Of a stretch of DNA of 64,000 nucleotides, positions 40,979 to 50,079 are shown one piece after another (position 1 is the first letter of the stretch; each line of letters opens with the position of its first letter). Source of the stretch: Tetramitus jugosus (lineage: Eukaryota; Protista; Heterolobosea); assembly GCA_937625935.1 (NCBI GenBank), contig OW569345.1, positions 620,001 to 684,000 on the forward strand, written 5' to 3'. Both the position numbers and the translations under genes were made by a program. The notes under the pieces are model-generated. The model was not told where the DNA came from. It saw only the letters and a list, made by a program, of their open reading frames with translations, and did not search any database.

Positions 40979-43192
40979 ATGAGTTCTCAGAAATCAAGAC
41001 CTAAGAAGAAGTTAGTCATTGACTACGAAACCATGAGTGAGGAGGAAATGTTGATTGAATGCATCAAGTGTGACTCTGTAGACAACATTGATAAGTTGAT
41101 GGATGACTTCCCTACGTTTGATGTGAACTTCCCAATCTATGAGTACGAGCTGAATCCTCCTTCATCAGCCAACAAAAACAATAGAACTGTTGTAGAACCT
41201 CAAGAGGACGTTGTGTGCGCGACTCCTTTCACATTGGCGGTAAAGTTGGGTCATTTGGCAACAGTGAAATGCCTCTTGAAACACAATGCAGAATTGAATC
41301 CGAAGGGTATCAAAGGAGGAGATAGTGTTTTGCATTTGGCAGTTATCGGCAATGATATCGAAATGCTAAAGTTCTTGTTAGAAATTGAGATTGTGCATCC
41401 CACAAAGAAGGAGATAAGGAGAATAGTGGAGAGAAAAACAAAGAACGATGATGGTAAAACACCGATCCAACTGGCAATAGAGCAGTATAAACCGTTATTG
41501 GTGGACGTATTTCTCGATAAGGGAGTTACGTATGATTTCTCATCAAGGAATGAGCACAATCGCACATTAATTCACGAAGCTGCCTTTTCTGGAGATTTGA
41601 AGATGTTGAATTGTTTGATCCAGTTGGGTCAAGATCCTAGTCAGATTGATGATGTCACAGGTCAGACTGTACTCCATTATGCTGCCCTTGGACAGAAGAA
41701 GGATGTCTTTGAGTTCTTTATCAAGCGGAAAGTTGAACCATCGTTCGTCTCTTTCGAAGATCACAGCGGTCAATCTGCACTCAGTATTCTCCTCAACTTA
41801 GGAAACTTGGAGCTCGTTAAGCTATTGTTGACCAAAATGGAGGCCGATTTACATCAAATCTTTAAAAAAGATGGATTGTCGATCATGCATAGAGCTGCTC
41901 TCGAAAACAACAAGGATCTACTTGAAAAGCTCGTTTCGTTGAAAGCTAGAATATCTATTGTGGATCGGAACGGTAATACTCCTCTACATTCCGCCATATC
42001 AGCATCCTGTCTTGAAGCTACGAAATTTTTCGTGGACAAGAAAGCTGAGATTACAGTCGCGAACCATTATGGAAACACACCTCTTCATTATGCGGCATAC
42101 TTTGGAAAGGAAGATATATTAGGAATTCTATTGGGTAAACTGGAGAAGAAAGCTTCAGCACATATCCAAAACAACTGCATGAGAACTCCGTTGCACGAAG
42201 CAGCATCTATGGGTCACAGTGAAGTCGTTAAACCTCTAATTGCTAAAGGAGTGGACATTCACTCAGAAGATATCAATGGGATGACTGCATTGCAGATTTC
42301 TATCAATGCAAAACATATTCCATTTGCTATTGAATTAATCCGTAATGGAGCTGCAGTAGAAAGACCCTATCGGAGTACATTTGCCCAAGACGTTCGACGA
42401 GATTGCTTGTTTAAAGATGAATCTGATTCATCTTGTAATGAAAGAGAGAAGCAATACAACACTATTCTCCAACAATCAATATGTAATGGATATGAAGATT
42501 TAGTGGCGGAGATGTTACATGCTGGAGTAGATGTCGAAAGAACTGATCAGAGAGGATACTCACCACTTCATAATGCAGTTATAAATAATGAACTTAACAT
42601 CGTGAAATTACTAACTGGTAAAAATTCTATAGTGGACAAGAAAGACCTAGTCGATGGATACACGCCACTTATACTAGCAATTCAAGCATGTAACTTTGAT
42701 ATTTGTCAACACTTAGTAACAGATTGTCATGCCTCCTTGGACTATGCTGACAAATTAGGAAGAATTTGTCTTCATTATGCAGCACGGCAAGCAAATGTAG
42801 ATATCATCCAACTTCTCATTGAAGCAGGAGCGAACGCCAATCATGTGGATCATTCGAACCAGACTCCATTGTTCGAGGCATGTGCTAGCGACAATGCCTT
42901 TGCTGTCCAGAGTTTATTATCTCAACAGGCATCCTTTAGTCACACTAACGATAATGGCTATACTCCACTGCATGTGGCTGTTGAAAATGGTAGTGCTTCG
43001 TGCGTGAGCATCCTTCTACAGCAAGGTGCATCGATGAGTGTCAAGGACAACAGCGGGCGAACTCCTTTGATTGTGGCGTCTCATTCTGGGCAAACGTACT
43101 GTGGAAGATTGCTTGTCCAAGCTTGGAATCAACTCAAACAATCTGGTTCTGTTGTATCTTCGTGCCTTCGTCCAATACTCCGAGAAGAATAA
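40979..43192 (+). CDS. Ankyrin repeat protein
   Basis: Many GxTPLHxA repeats (GNTPLHSA, GNTPLHYAA, RTPLHEAA, GYSPLHNA, GYTPLHVA). Confidence 0.92.
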   Translation: MSSQKSRPKKKLVIDYETMSEEEMLIECIKCDSVDNIDKLMDDFPTFDVNFPIYEYELNPPSSANKNNRTVVEPQEDVVCATPFTLAVKLGHLATVKCLLKHNAELNPKGIKGGDSVLHLAVIGNDIEMLKFLLEIEIVHPTKKEIRRIVERKTKNDDGKTPIQLAIEQYKPLLVDVFLDKGVTYDFSSRNEHNRTLIHEAAFSGDLKMLNCLIQLGQDPSQIDDVTGQTVLHYAALGQKKDVFEFFIKRKVEPSFVSFEDHSGQSALSILLNLGNLELVKLLLTKMEADLHQIFKKDGLSIMHRAALENNKDLLEKLVSLKARISIVDRNGNTPLHSAISASCLEATKFFVDKKAEITVANHYGNTPLHYAAYFGKEDILGILLGKLEKKASAHIQNNCMRTPLHEAASMGHSEVVKPLIAKGVDIHSEDINGMTALQISINAKHIPFAIELIRNGAAVERPYRSTFAQDVRRDCLFKDESDSSCNEREKQYNTILQQSICNGYEDLVAEMLHAGVDVERTDQRGYSPLHNAVINNELNIVKLLTGKNSIVDKKDLVDGYTPLILAIQACNFDICQHLVTDCHASLDYADKLGRICLHYAARQANVDIIQLLIEAGANANHVDHSNQTPLFEACASDNAFAVQSLLSQQASFSHTNDNGYTPLHVAVENGSASCVSILLQQGASMSVKDNSGRTPLIVASHSGQTYCGRLLVQAWNQLKQSGSVVSSCLRPILREE

Positions 43193-43328
43193 ATCTCCGA
43201 GTTCATCATTTCGAGTCGCATTTCAGAATCCACCTGATGAGAGAAAAGAACCAAAAGACAAACACAATTTCTCAACCTCGTCAACTTAACAACATTCTCG
43301 ACAAACACCTTCTCTGAATTGAGTCGTC

Positions 43329-45326
43329 ATGGGATCCAAGAAACAAAAAGACAAGAGACGAGCTCAACAAGCTTCCAACGACAACGACCTCGGCAATGAT
43401 GATGAAGAAAAGAAGAGTGCAGCAAAAGCTTCGTCTGTCAGTCGACATGCTCGTGAGAAGAAGAAATCACATTCTGATCCCAGTCAAAATATGCACCGCG
43501 AGAACCATCAGACGTCTTCTGGCAACGGAATTGGAACAATCCATTCAAGAATGAAAGAATATGTTCCCCAGGAGGTCCATCAAGTTTCTCAGAGTGACAA
43601 TAGTGATGAATCTAGTGAGGCTACTGTTGCAACACCGGTTGTCATCACTGAACAAGATTTGAGTCATATGAAGACAGAGGGAATCACTGTGCTCAAGAAA
43701 CAATCGTTTGGTAAGCCTCATCCCGTTCAGCTTCGTGTGTCGTCTGATGAAACGCAGCTGATGATATCATCGGCCAAATCCGCAGCTACAGAAACTGACA
43801 AGCGAGGAAGCAAATCCAAAATAACCAATATCGCGCTGAAAACTGTAAAGCAGTTGTTAACGGATCAGCAAGAGCGCCAAATTTCGATTGTTTATACAGC
43901 GCAGGCCAATCCCTTGAATCTTATCCTTTCGTGTGACGACATTCAACATCAAAAACTAGCTCCTATGTTGTATTACTTGATTCATGGAAGGTTCAAGCCA
44001 TCGACTAAGCTCTCCACGGTCTCTGAGAACGACATGAGTGGAAAGTGTATTGCTGGTGTTCCTCAACGATTGTATATCGAATCACGTGATTCATTGGGTA
44101 GAACATTTGATATGCACAGTACGGATCGGGATCGTTGGATCGTTAAAATAGTGAATCGTGACAGCCACAAGGTTGTGCAGGTTGCCGATGAATTAGACTC
44201 AGAATCGTTTGTATTTACGATGACAACCACCGGATCCTATGAGGTACAAACTTGCCTGAGTGATAGCACGTTGGATTCGGATGAAATCATGAATGAAAGT
44301 ACACTAACTGTACTGGCAACTGACTTGGATCTCGAGCAGTGCTTTATTCAAACTGAAATCACCGAATTTTGTGCTGGATACACGCCCTACTTTTACATTA
44401 TTGGTCGAGACTTGTACGGTAATCTTCGAAGTGTTGATCCTAGTTACTTTACAGTGATACATAGAAATCCATTGCCGGCCGCCTCTCCGTTTACACTAAT
44501 CAAGGAATGCAACGGTCACTGTAAAGCTCTGACGATGATTGCCAAAGCAGGAAGCTACACCGCTGACGTGTACTCTACACATAACACATCCCTCTGTATA
44601 GGTTCTGTTACTCTGACTGTGGTCCCTTCGAGACTAATTGACTACTCAAAGTCGAGTCTAATTATCTTGCCAGGTGACTGCACGGTGGATGGAGAAATTG
44701 TATCAAAGAAATGGTTCAATGTACACTTGCACCTGTATGACACGTACGATAACTTCATCACTGATGCAGATAGATACGCTAGGCAATTTATAATCAGAGT
44801 CAGGAGTGACAACGACTCAGAAATCCGTGGTCACGACCTCTACTCTGCCACAGAAGTTGCACCGACCCACTTTCAGGTAAAGGTTCTGTGGGGTGGCTTG
44901 TGTTCTGTTTCAATACTACTTCGTGGAGACTTCGAAGACAATGAACTACTACGGACCAAAATATTAGTTCAATCAGCACCTGGTGAAGAACAAAAGAAGG
45001 AAGAATTCTTGCGGCGTCTGACTCTAGAGCAGAGATCCAGAATGGAGCAGAACATTGAATATGAGGTGTTTAGTTGGAGTTTCGGGAAGCGTCTTCCTTC
45101 ATTGCTCAACGAAGTCATATCTCGATTTGCACCTCATCTGGTTCACATGCGGACAGACTCGAGTACTGAACGAGAAAGAGTGTTGTCGGTGTACAAAAAG
45201 TTGATCATGTTCGTGCATCCGGATCGTATTCTGCATTCCCATGCTCCAGACTCGGAGGAAGTCCTTCGGTTGAACATTGTATTTAATGCCATACAACTTG
45301 CATATCAAAGATATAAAGGAAACTAG
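43329..45326 (+). CDS. PH-like, filamin-type Ig repeats and C-terminal auxilin-type J-domain protein
   Basis: CIAGVPQRLYIESRDSLG, FCAGYTPYFYIIGRDLYGN, HLYDTYDN (filamin-like); YKKLIMFVHPDRI...FNAIQLAYQRY (J-domain). Confidence 0.7.
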   Translation: MGSKKQKDKRRAQQASNDNDLGNDDEEKKSAAKASSVSRHAREKKKSHSDPSQNMHRENHQTSSGNGIGTIHSRMKEYVPQEVHQVSQSDNSDESSEATVATPVVITEQDLSHMKTEGITVLKKQSFGKPHPVQLRVSSDETQLMISSAKSAATETDKRGSKSKITNIALKTVKQLLTDQQERQISIVYTAQANPLNLILSCDDIQHQKLAPMLYYLIHGRFKPSTKLSTVSENDMSGKCIAGVPQRLYIESRDSLGRTFDMHSTDRDRWIVKIVNRDSHKVVQVADELDSESFVFTMTTTGSYEVQTCLSDSTLDSDEIMNESTLTVLATDLDLEQCFIQTEITEFCAGYTPYFYIIGRDLYGNLRSVDPSYFTVIHRNPLPAASPFTLIKECNGHCKALTMIAKAGSYTADVYSTHNTSLCIGSVTLTVVPSRLIDYSKSSLIILPGDCTVDGEIVSKKWFNVHLHLYDTYDNFITDADRYARQFIIRVRSDNDSEIRGHDLYSATEVAPTHFQVKVLWGGLCSVSILLRGDFEDNELLRTKILVQSAPGEEQKKEEFLRRLTLEQRSRMEQNIEYEVFSWSFGKRLPSLLNEVISRFAPHLVHMRTDSSTERERVLSVYKKLIMFVHPDRILHSHAPDSEEVLRLNIVFNAIQLAYQRYKGN

Positions 45327-45328
45327 AG

Positions 45329-47572
45329 TTATTTATGATCCTCGAGCCAAGCTCGAATCCGACTTTGCCCCATAGACATTGCCTTGTCCAAGTTTTTCTT
45401 TCCATTTTGCTCACAGATCGTATAGCGAGTTCCATATGTTTGCTTATTCGCTGCGTGTATTTCAGTGTTCCTATATGATGCATTCACAGGATCAAACTCA
45501 TACACGTACGTAATCCAGTTATCACTGAACCAGTTCTTAAACACTGAGGGGAAAAGGAAACCAAATATTTCATAATGAGTTCTGTGCACAAATGCCTGAG
45601 TAAATATCTTCTTGTTACGAAGATCCACAGGTCCTGTAACACCCAAGTTTGGATAGATTGAACTAGATGACAGAGTATTCACAAACTGATCAGACCACCC
45701 AGGTGTGACCAAGCGATTATCGTCGTTCATTTGATAAAAGTAATCGGCGCCATCGTCCATTGAATGTTGAAATAGAACATTCCAAACAAAGGGAACCCAT
45801 CCATGAGAATTCACACATCGAATCATATGGAAGTCAACAGAGTATTGATGAATCATCACTTTGACTCTCGCTAACAACTCTTCTCTGTTCCTTCCTACAT
45901 CATAGAATGAATCACCTTCATCATAGCCCAAATACAAAATATAGTGGTACTTGTCGTCTGGTGCACCTTTTCTTGGTACTGTCCTAAGGAATCCAGGCAA
46001 TAAAACGGTAATAACAGGATTGTTTCGTACTGTTGGACTCTTATTTCCCTTTGTAGTGCTTGGAAAGCCAACTGCAATGACCTTTCGACCGCCCTTATCG
46101 GGATTCACGATAGAATTCGATCTTTGATGAGTTCCTAAATGAGGTAGTTGTGACCTGGTGCTCAACAAATCATCTCTCATGATCACATCGCACTCCAAGT
46201 AATAGTCCAACTTCTCATCATACCGCCGCACAAACATTGAAATAATGCTGACATTCTCATCCGCTTTATGACACGTTACGGACTCTCGCTCCATCTCATT
46301 GTGGAAACCATCAAAAGGAGTAGTCTCAGTGCTATCCTTCTTCAATGAATTCAAAAACTTTAGCTCTTCTCTCGTGCAATACCTCTTTGAACACTCAATC
46401 AAATTCATTAAATAGTGTCGATGAGCAAAGCAATTCTTACGCATGAGAATCACAGGAGCACCAATCAAACAATTCTCATCCAATTGAGTCTCATCATTAT
46501 CAATAACCATATTCTTCACATAAAAGAACAATGATCCACCATGACTGTTCAAATACTCGTTCAATTCAGCGAGTGGCATGTGAGATGTCATCACTACACG
46601 CGTATCCAAGTAAAGAATATTGTCTGCACGATCGAGAGCATCATTCAACACGAGTGGCTTCCATTGTATCAATGATTTTTCATCCATTCCTAAATCTTCC
46701 TTTTTTTGCATGTCGTCGCCATCGCCGACATCATTGTTTTTTTCACCTTTGTCTCCTTCTTCACCTTCTCCTGCAAATTTATCCTCTTTTTTCCGAGCAC
46801 TATTCTTGCTCTGGACAAGTTCACTGCGAGTCGATGTCAAAAAATGAGATTCCATATCAATGAGCGTCACTCCTCTCCACAATTGTATTTCACTCTTCAT
46901 ATCAAGTGGTAACCTAAAACCATACATGATAATTTTGACTGATCCTTTGCTGAATCGATGAATACTGCCTACTAAGCGACGCATAGTGTGATGAATCAAG
47001 GGACTATTCACTAGAACAATGTGCAATTGATGATCACTCTTATACGCAAGTAGTGAAGATTGAGAATTTGGTGTCTCTTCATCGATATTCATATCATCTA
47101 TGCTACGATGGTTGTTATTGTTGTTGTTGTTGTTTCTTGTCTGATCAATAGCTTGATCATTATTCTTGTTTCCTTCTTGTTGTTGTTGTTCATTCCTAGT
47201 CAATTCTTCTTCATTTGCTTCTTGTTGTTCATTCTTGTTGTTCACGATGTGGTTATTGTTAACAATAATGGGTAATGCACCTGGAGTTGTCGTTGTCGTA
47301 GTAGAAGACAATATCGATGTAGCTGATGGTGGTTGTGGTTGTGGCTGTTGTAGGTTTTGATGATAATAGACGAATAAGCCATTGGAAACGACATAGAGCA
47401 CAAAAAAGACGAGAGCCAACAGAAAATATTTGGATCGTGTGAGTGAACTCATGCTAAATGAATGAGTAGAGCTTGATTGAGCAAAAAAGATGTTAGTATG
47501 TTGGTTGCTACCACTAGTAGTGCTATTGCTATGGGTAGCGCGATGATTCGGGTATTGATGTTGTGGAAGCAT
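45329..47572 (-). CDS. Type II membrane glycosyltransferase with two putative GT-A-like domains
   Basis: N-terminal signal anchor; WKPLVL..ILYLDT; LYLGYDEGD, ADYFYQMNDD, LGVTGP, TQAFVHRTH, FKNWFSDNWIT. Confidence 0.75.
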   Translation of the reverse strand: MLPQHQYPNHRATHSNSTTSGSNQHTNIFFAQSSSTHSFSMSSLTRSKYFLLALVFFVLYVVSNGLFVYYHQNLQQPQPQPPSATSILSSTTTTTTPGALPIIVNNNHIVNNKNEQQEANEEELTRNEQQQQEGNKNNDQAIDQTRNNNNNNNNHRSIDDMNIDEETPNSQSSLLAYKSDHQLHIVLVNSPLIHHTMRRLVGSIHRFSKGSVKIIMYGFRLPLDMKSEIQLWRGVTLIDMESHFLTSTRSELVQSKNSARKKEDKFAGEGEEGDKGEKNNDVGDGDDMQKKEDLGMDEKSLIQWKPLVLNDALDRADNILYLDTRVVMTSHMPLAELNEYLNSHGGSLFFYVKNMVIDNDETQLDENCLIGAPVILMRKNCFAHRHYLMNLIECSKRYCTREELKFLNSLKKDSTETTPFDGFHNEMERESVTCHKADENVSIISMFVRRYDEKLDYYLECDVIMRDDLLSTRSQLPHLGTHQRSNSIVNPDKGGRKVIAVGFPSTTKGNKSPTVRNNPVITVLLPGFLRTVPRKGAPDDKYHYILYLGYDEGDSFYDVGRNREELLARVKVMIHQYSVDFHMIRCVNSHGWVPFVWNVLFQHSMDDGADYFYQMNDDNRLVTPGWSDQFVNTLSSSSIYPNLGVTGPVDLRNKKIFTQAFVHRTHYEIFGFLFPSVFKNWFSDNWITYVYEFDPVNASYRNTEIHAANKQTYGTRYTICEQNGKKNLDKAMSMGQSRIRAWLEDHK

Positions 47573-47769
47573 TTTTTTTCACTCGTTGGTCTATCCACTT
47601 AGAGAAGATGTGTGAAGGGGTGGAATACTCGCACTATTTACCCAAAAATAGGCATCACTTCTCGGGTTGTATTCTTTGGCTGGGGTGGAAGGTTGATAAA
47701 GGATGGTTCTTGTAAAAAATTTAGCTGTTCAGCTGACCAACAAGTAAATAGAGCCAGACAGAGAGAACA

Positions 47770-48126
47770 ATGAGAAGATTTTTGTCCGTAGCTTCATGTA
47801 CACTTAATCGATCCAAGGATCAAAACAATCGAATTCGTTATTCGATGGTGACTGCTGTACGATTCAGTCACCATCATCAGGAACGTCCACTCGTTATGGA
47901 GGATCCTAATCCAGCTCTCCCCGATGCACAGAAAGCACGAGCACAACTCGCTGTGAACCTGACTCGGAATCGCAAACCAGATGTCGTTGAGGACTATGTA
48001 TCAAACGCTGAACTGGGCAAAGAAATGAAGCCTCTGACGGACAAGGATGAACTCACCCATGTCTATGATCGATATCCTCCTGATCACAATGAGGATGAAC
48101 ATGCACGTTCCCACAAACAACAATAA
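47770..48126 (+). CDS. Small hypothetical protein, possible mitochondrial presequence
   Basis: 118-aa ORF with Arg/Ser-rich N-terminus MRRFLSVAS...VRFSH. Confidence 0.55.
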   Translation: MRRFLSVASCTLNRSKDQNNRIRYSMVTAVRFSHHHQERPLVMEDPNPALPDAQKARAQLAVNLTRNRKPDVVEDYVSNAELGKEMKPLTDKDELTHVYDRYPPDHNEDEHARSHKQQ

Positions 48127-48296
48127 TAAAAACAACTGCTTAAACTAACTCTTCCCTGTTTTCTGCTCATTCTCAGAATTCGTTGTCAGAAAAATAATTC
48201 GTAGCTCGTGCAAAAAGTGAAAAACACTTTTATTATACAGGTTCCAATCAAGTAAGTTGATTAATCGATTGAATCACATATCCATCGTCACTTCAT

Positions 48297-48575
48297 TTAC
48301 TCAATAGCAACGTGATCAAGCAATTGATAACCACCAGTGTGTTGTTGAACAACAGTGACTCTTTGCTTGCTGGTGTTTTGACCGTGAGAAATCTCAAGAT
48401 CCAAAATGTACTTGATACCGTTGACAACTTGTGTAGCAGCGTTGAGCACTTGAACGAGTTGCAATGGGTGCATACTGTTGCTTCTTGCATTCAATTCATT
48501 CAGAGCAAATGTAGCAACTTGTTGAAATTCTTCGGAATTTGCGTTGTTTTGTTGAACTTGTCCTCCACAGAGCAT
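48297..48575 (-). CDS. Cystatin (no signal peptide), 92 aa
   Basis: N-terminal MLCGG, VATFALNELN, QVVNGIKY (QxVxG motif). Confidence 0.9.
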   Translation of the reverse strand: MLCGGQVQQNNANSEEFQQVATFALNELNARSNSMHPLQLVQVLNAATQVVNGIKYILDLEISHGQNTSKQRVTVVQQHTGGYQLLDHVAIE

Positions 48576-48790
48576 TGTTTGATCTTTTGTTGTGTTTGTT
48601 GTTGGTTGTTGTGTTGTTGCTTGGTTTGAATTCAAGGCTGGTTTGGTGGGAATTTTTGATCGTTATTTATATTCACACAGGAGGGCTTGTTGGTTGTCTC
48701 AGCAAGCGCGAGTTCCAGGGACACCAATACGTGTTGTGCAGGAATTGGAAGAACAGAAAACTTGGCTCTATCTTTCAGCAGTTTTTCCTC

Positions 48791-49852
48791 CTATCGTCTT
48801 CTGTACCGCTTGATAAATCTCTCAAAGTGAGCATTGTCGGAAGCTGTCACATGAGGTCTTTTTCCGTGAGTATTCTTTTGGTTGTTTGATTTCTGGCTGC
48901 TGTCATTATTCACATTGTCTCCATCGGACTCACCCAGATATTGCTTGATTTCTGCTTCCTCAGTTTCGTTTGTATGGTGCGTCTTCTGTCTAGTGGGAAC
49001 AATGATCTTCTTGCCCTCGGATGAACTGACTGTTGTATACTGTGATTTCTGGTGAGTTCTCCGAGCGCTCTTGGCTGCTTGCTCGGTCTGTTGCATGTTT
49101 TGAATCTTGTACTGCATTGGTAATTTAACTTCAAGAATGCTTCCTGTCATGAGCTGTTGCTTCTCAGCCATCCTTCTCTCATATTCTGCCACCTCGGCCG
49201 AAACTCCTTGATTCTCATCGTTATTGGCGCCTTCCTCTGCATTGGCACCACTAGATGATGAATCATCGACTGCTGTACTCGAACTACTACTTGGCACGGA
49301 TTCATCCTTGAACAGAGAGCGATTCGATCTATATTGTTCCGGTATATTATACAATTCCTTTATATCGATTGTTGGTATTGATTTCTTTACATTTTCATTT
49401 GTCCGCAACTGATCATTCGCCGTCGATCCTCCACCACTCCGGTCTGATAAATCAGAAACAGATGAAAACAATTTTTCCTTCTCCATACTTGTCATATAAC
49501 CTCTCTTCTTCATCTCCATTTCAACAAATTCCTCCATTTTCTTCTCAGTTTCAGATTTGGCTCGAGAAGCAAATTTACCATCGAGTAAAGTTTGTTGCGA
49601 TGATTGAGTCAATGTACTCGATAAGACGGGTTGTCCAGTTGCTTCACTAATCTGAACTCCCTTCCTCTGACTCATTCTCTGCTTAATTTTCGTCAATTCT
49701 ACAAGTTTTGAAACCATGGATGAGTGATCATGATCGTCTCCACTCTTATTATGCTCATCAGTGTCTTGATCTTGTTGTGGTTGATTGTCATTTGTACTGT
49801 CGGTCGTGGAATGGCGAATATTCTTCGCTCTGATACTTCGCTTCTTAATCAT
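48791..49852 (-). CDS. C9orf78: Tls1/C9orf78 (Hep_59) splicing factor homologue
   Basis: MEEFVEMEMKKR, ELYNIPE, ILEVKLPMQYKIQNMQQTE, ASDNAHFERF. Confidence 0.82.
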   Translation of the reverse strand: MIKKRSIRAKNIRHSTTDSTNDNQPQQDQDTDEHNKSGDDHDHSSMVSKLVELTKIKQRMSQRKGVQISEATGQPVLSSTLTQSSQQTLLDGKFASRAKSETEKKMEEFVEMEMKKRGYMTSMEKEKLFSSVSDLSDRSGGGSTANDQLRTNENVKKSIPTIDIKELYNIPEQYRSNRSLFKDESVPSSSSSTAVDDSSSSGANAEEGANNDENQGVSAEVAEYERRMAEKQQLMTGSILEVKLPMQYKIQNMQQTEQAAKSARRTHQKSQYTTVSSSEGKKIIVPTRQKTHHTNETEEAEIKQYLGESDGDNVNNDSSQKSNNQKNTHGKRPHVTASDNAHFERFIKRYRRR

Positions 49853-50079
49853 CGTGTTTTGTTTTCATGCAAACTTCACCAGGTTCAAATTCGTCTGGAG
49901 GAGTTTTGATTAGTCTGAATCGGAGAAAGTAAGATTTTTTTACAATACTCGTATTGTAAAATGAGATTTTTTGCGAGCATCCAACACAGCCGCGACAGTG
50001 ATTGGGATGCAACAGAAAATTTTCTTCATTTTTTCCACACAAAACAAAAAAACTCTATTTTATTATTATTATTGCAAAA

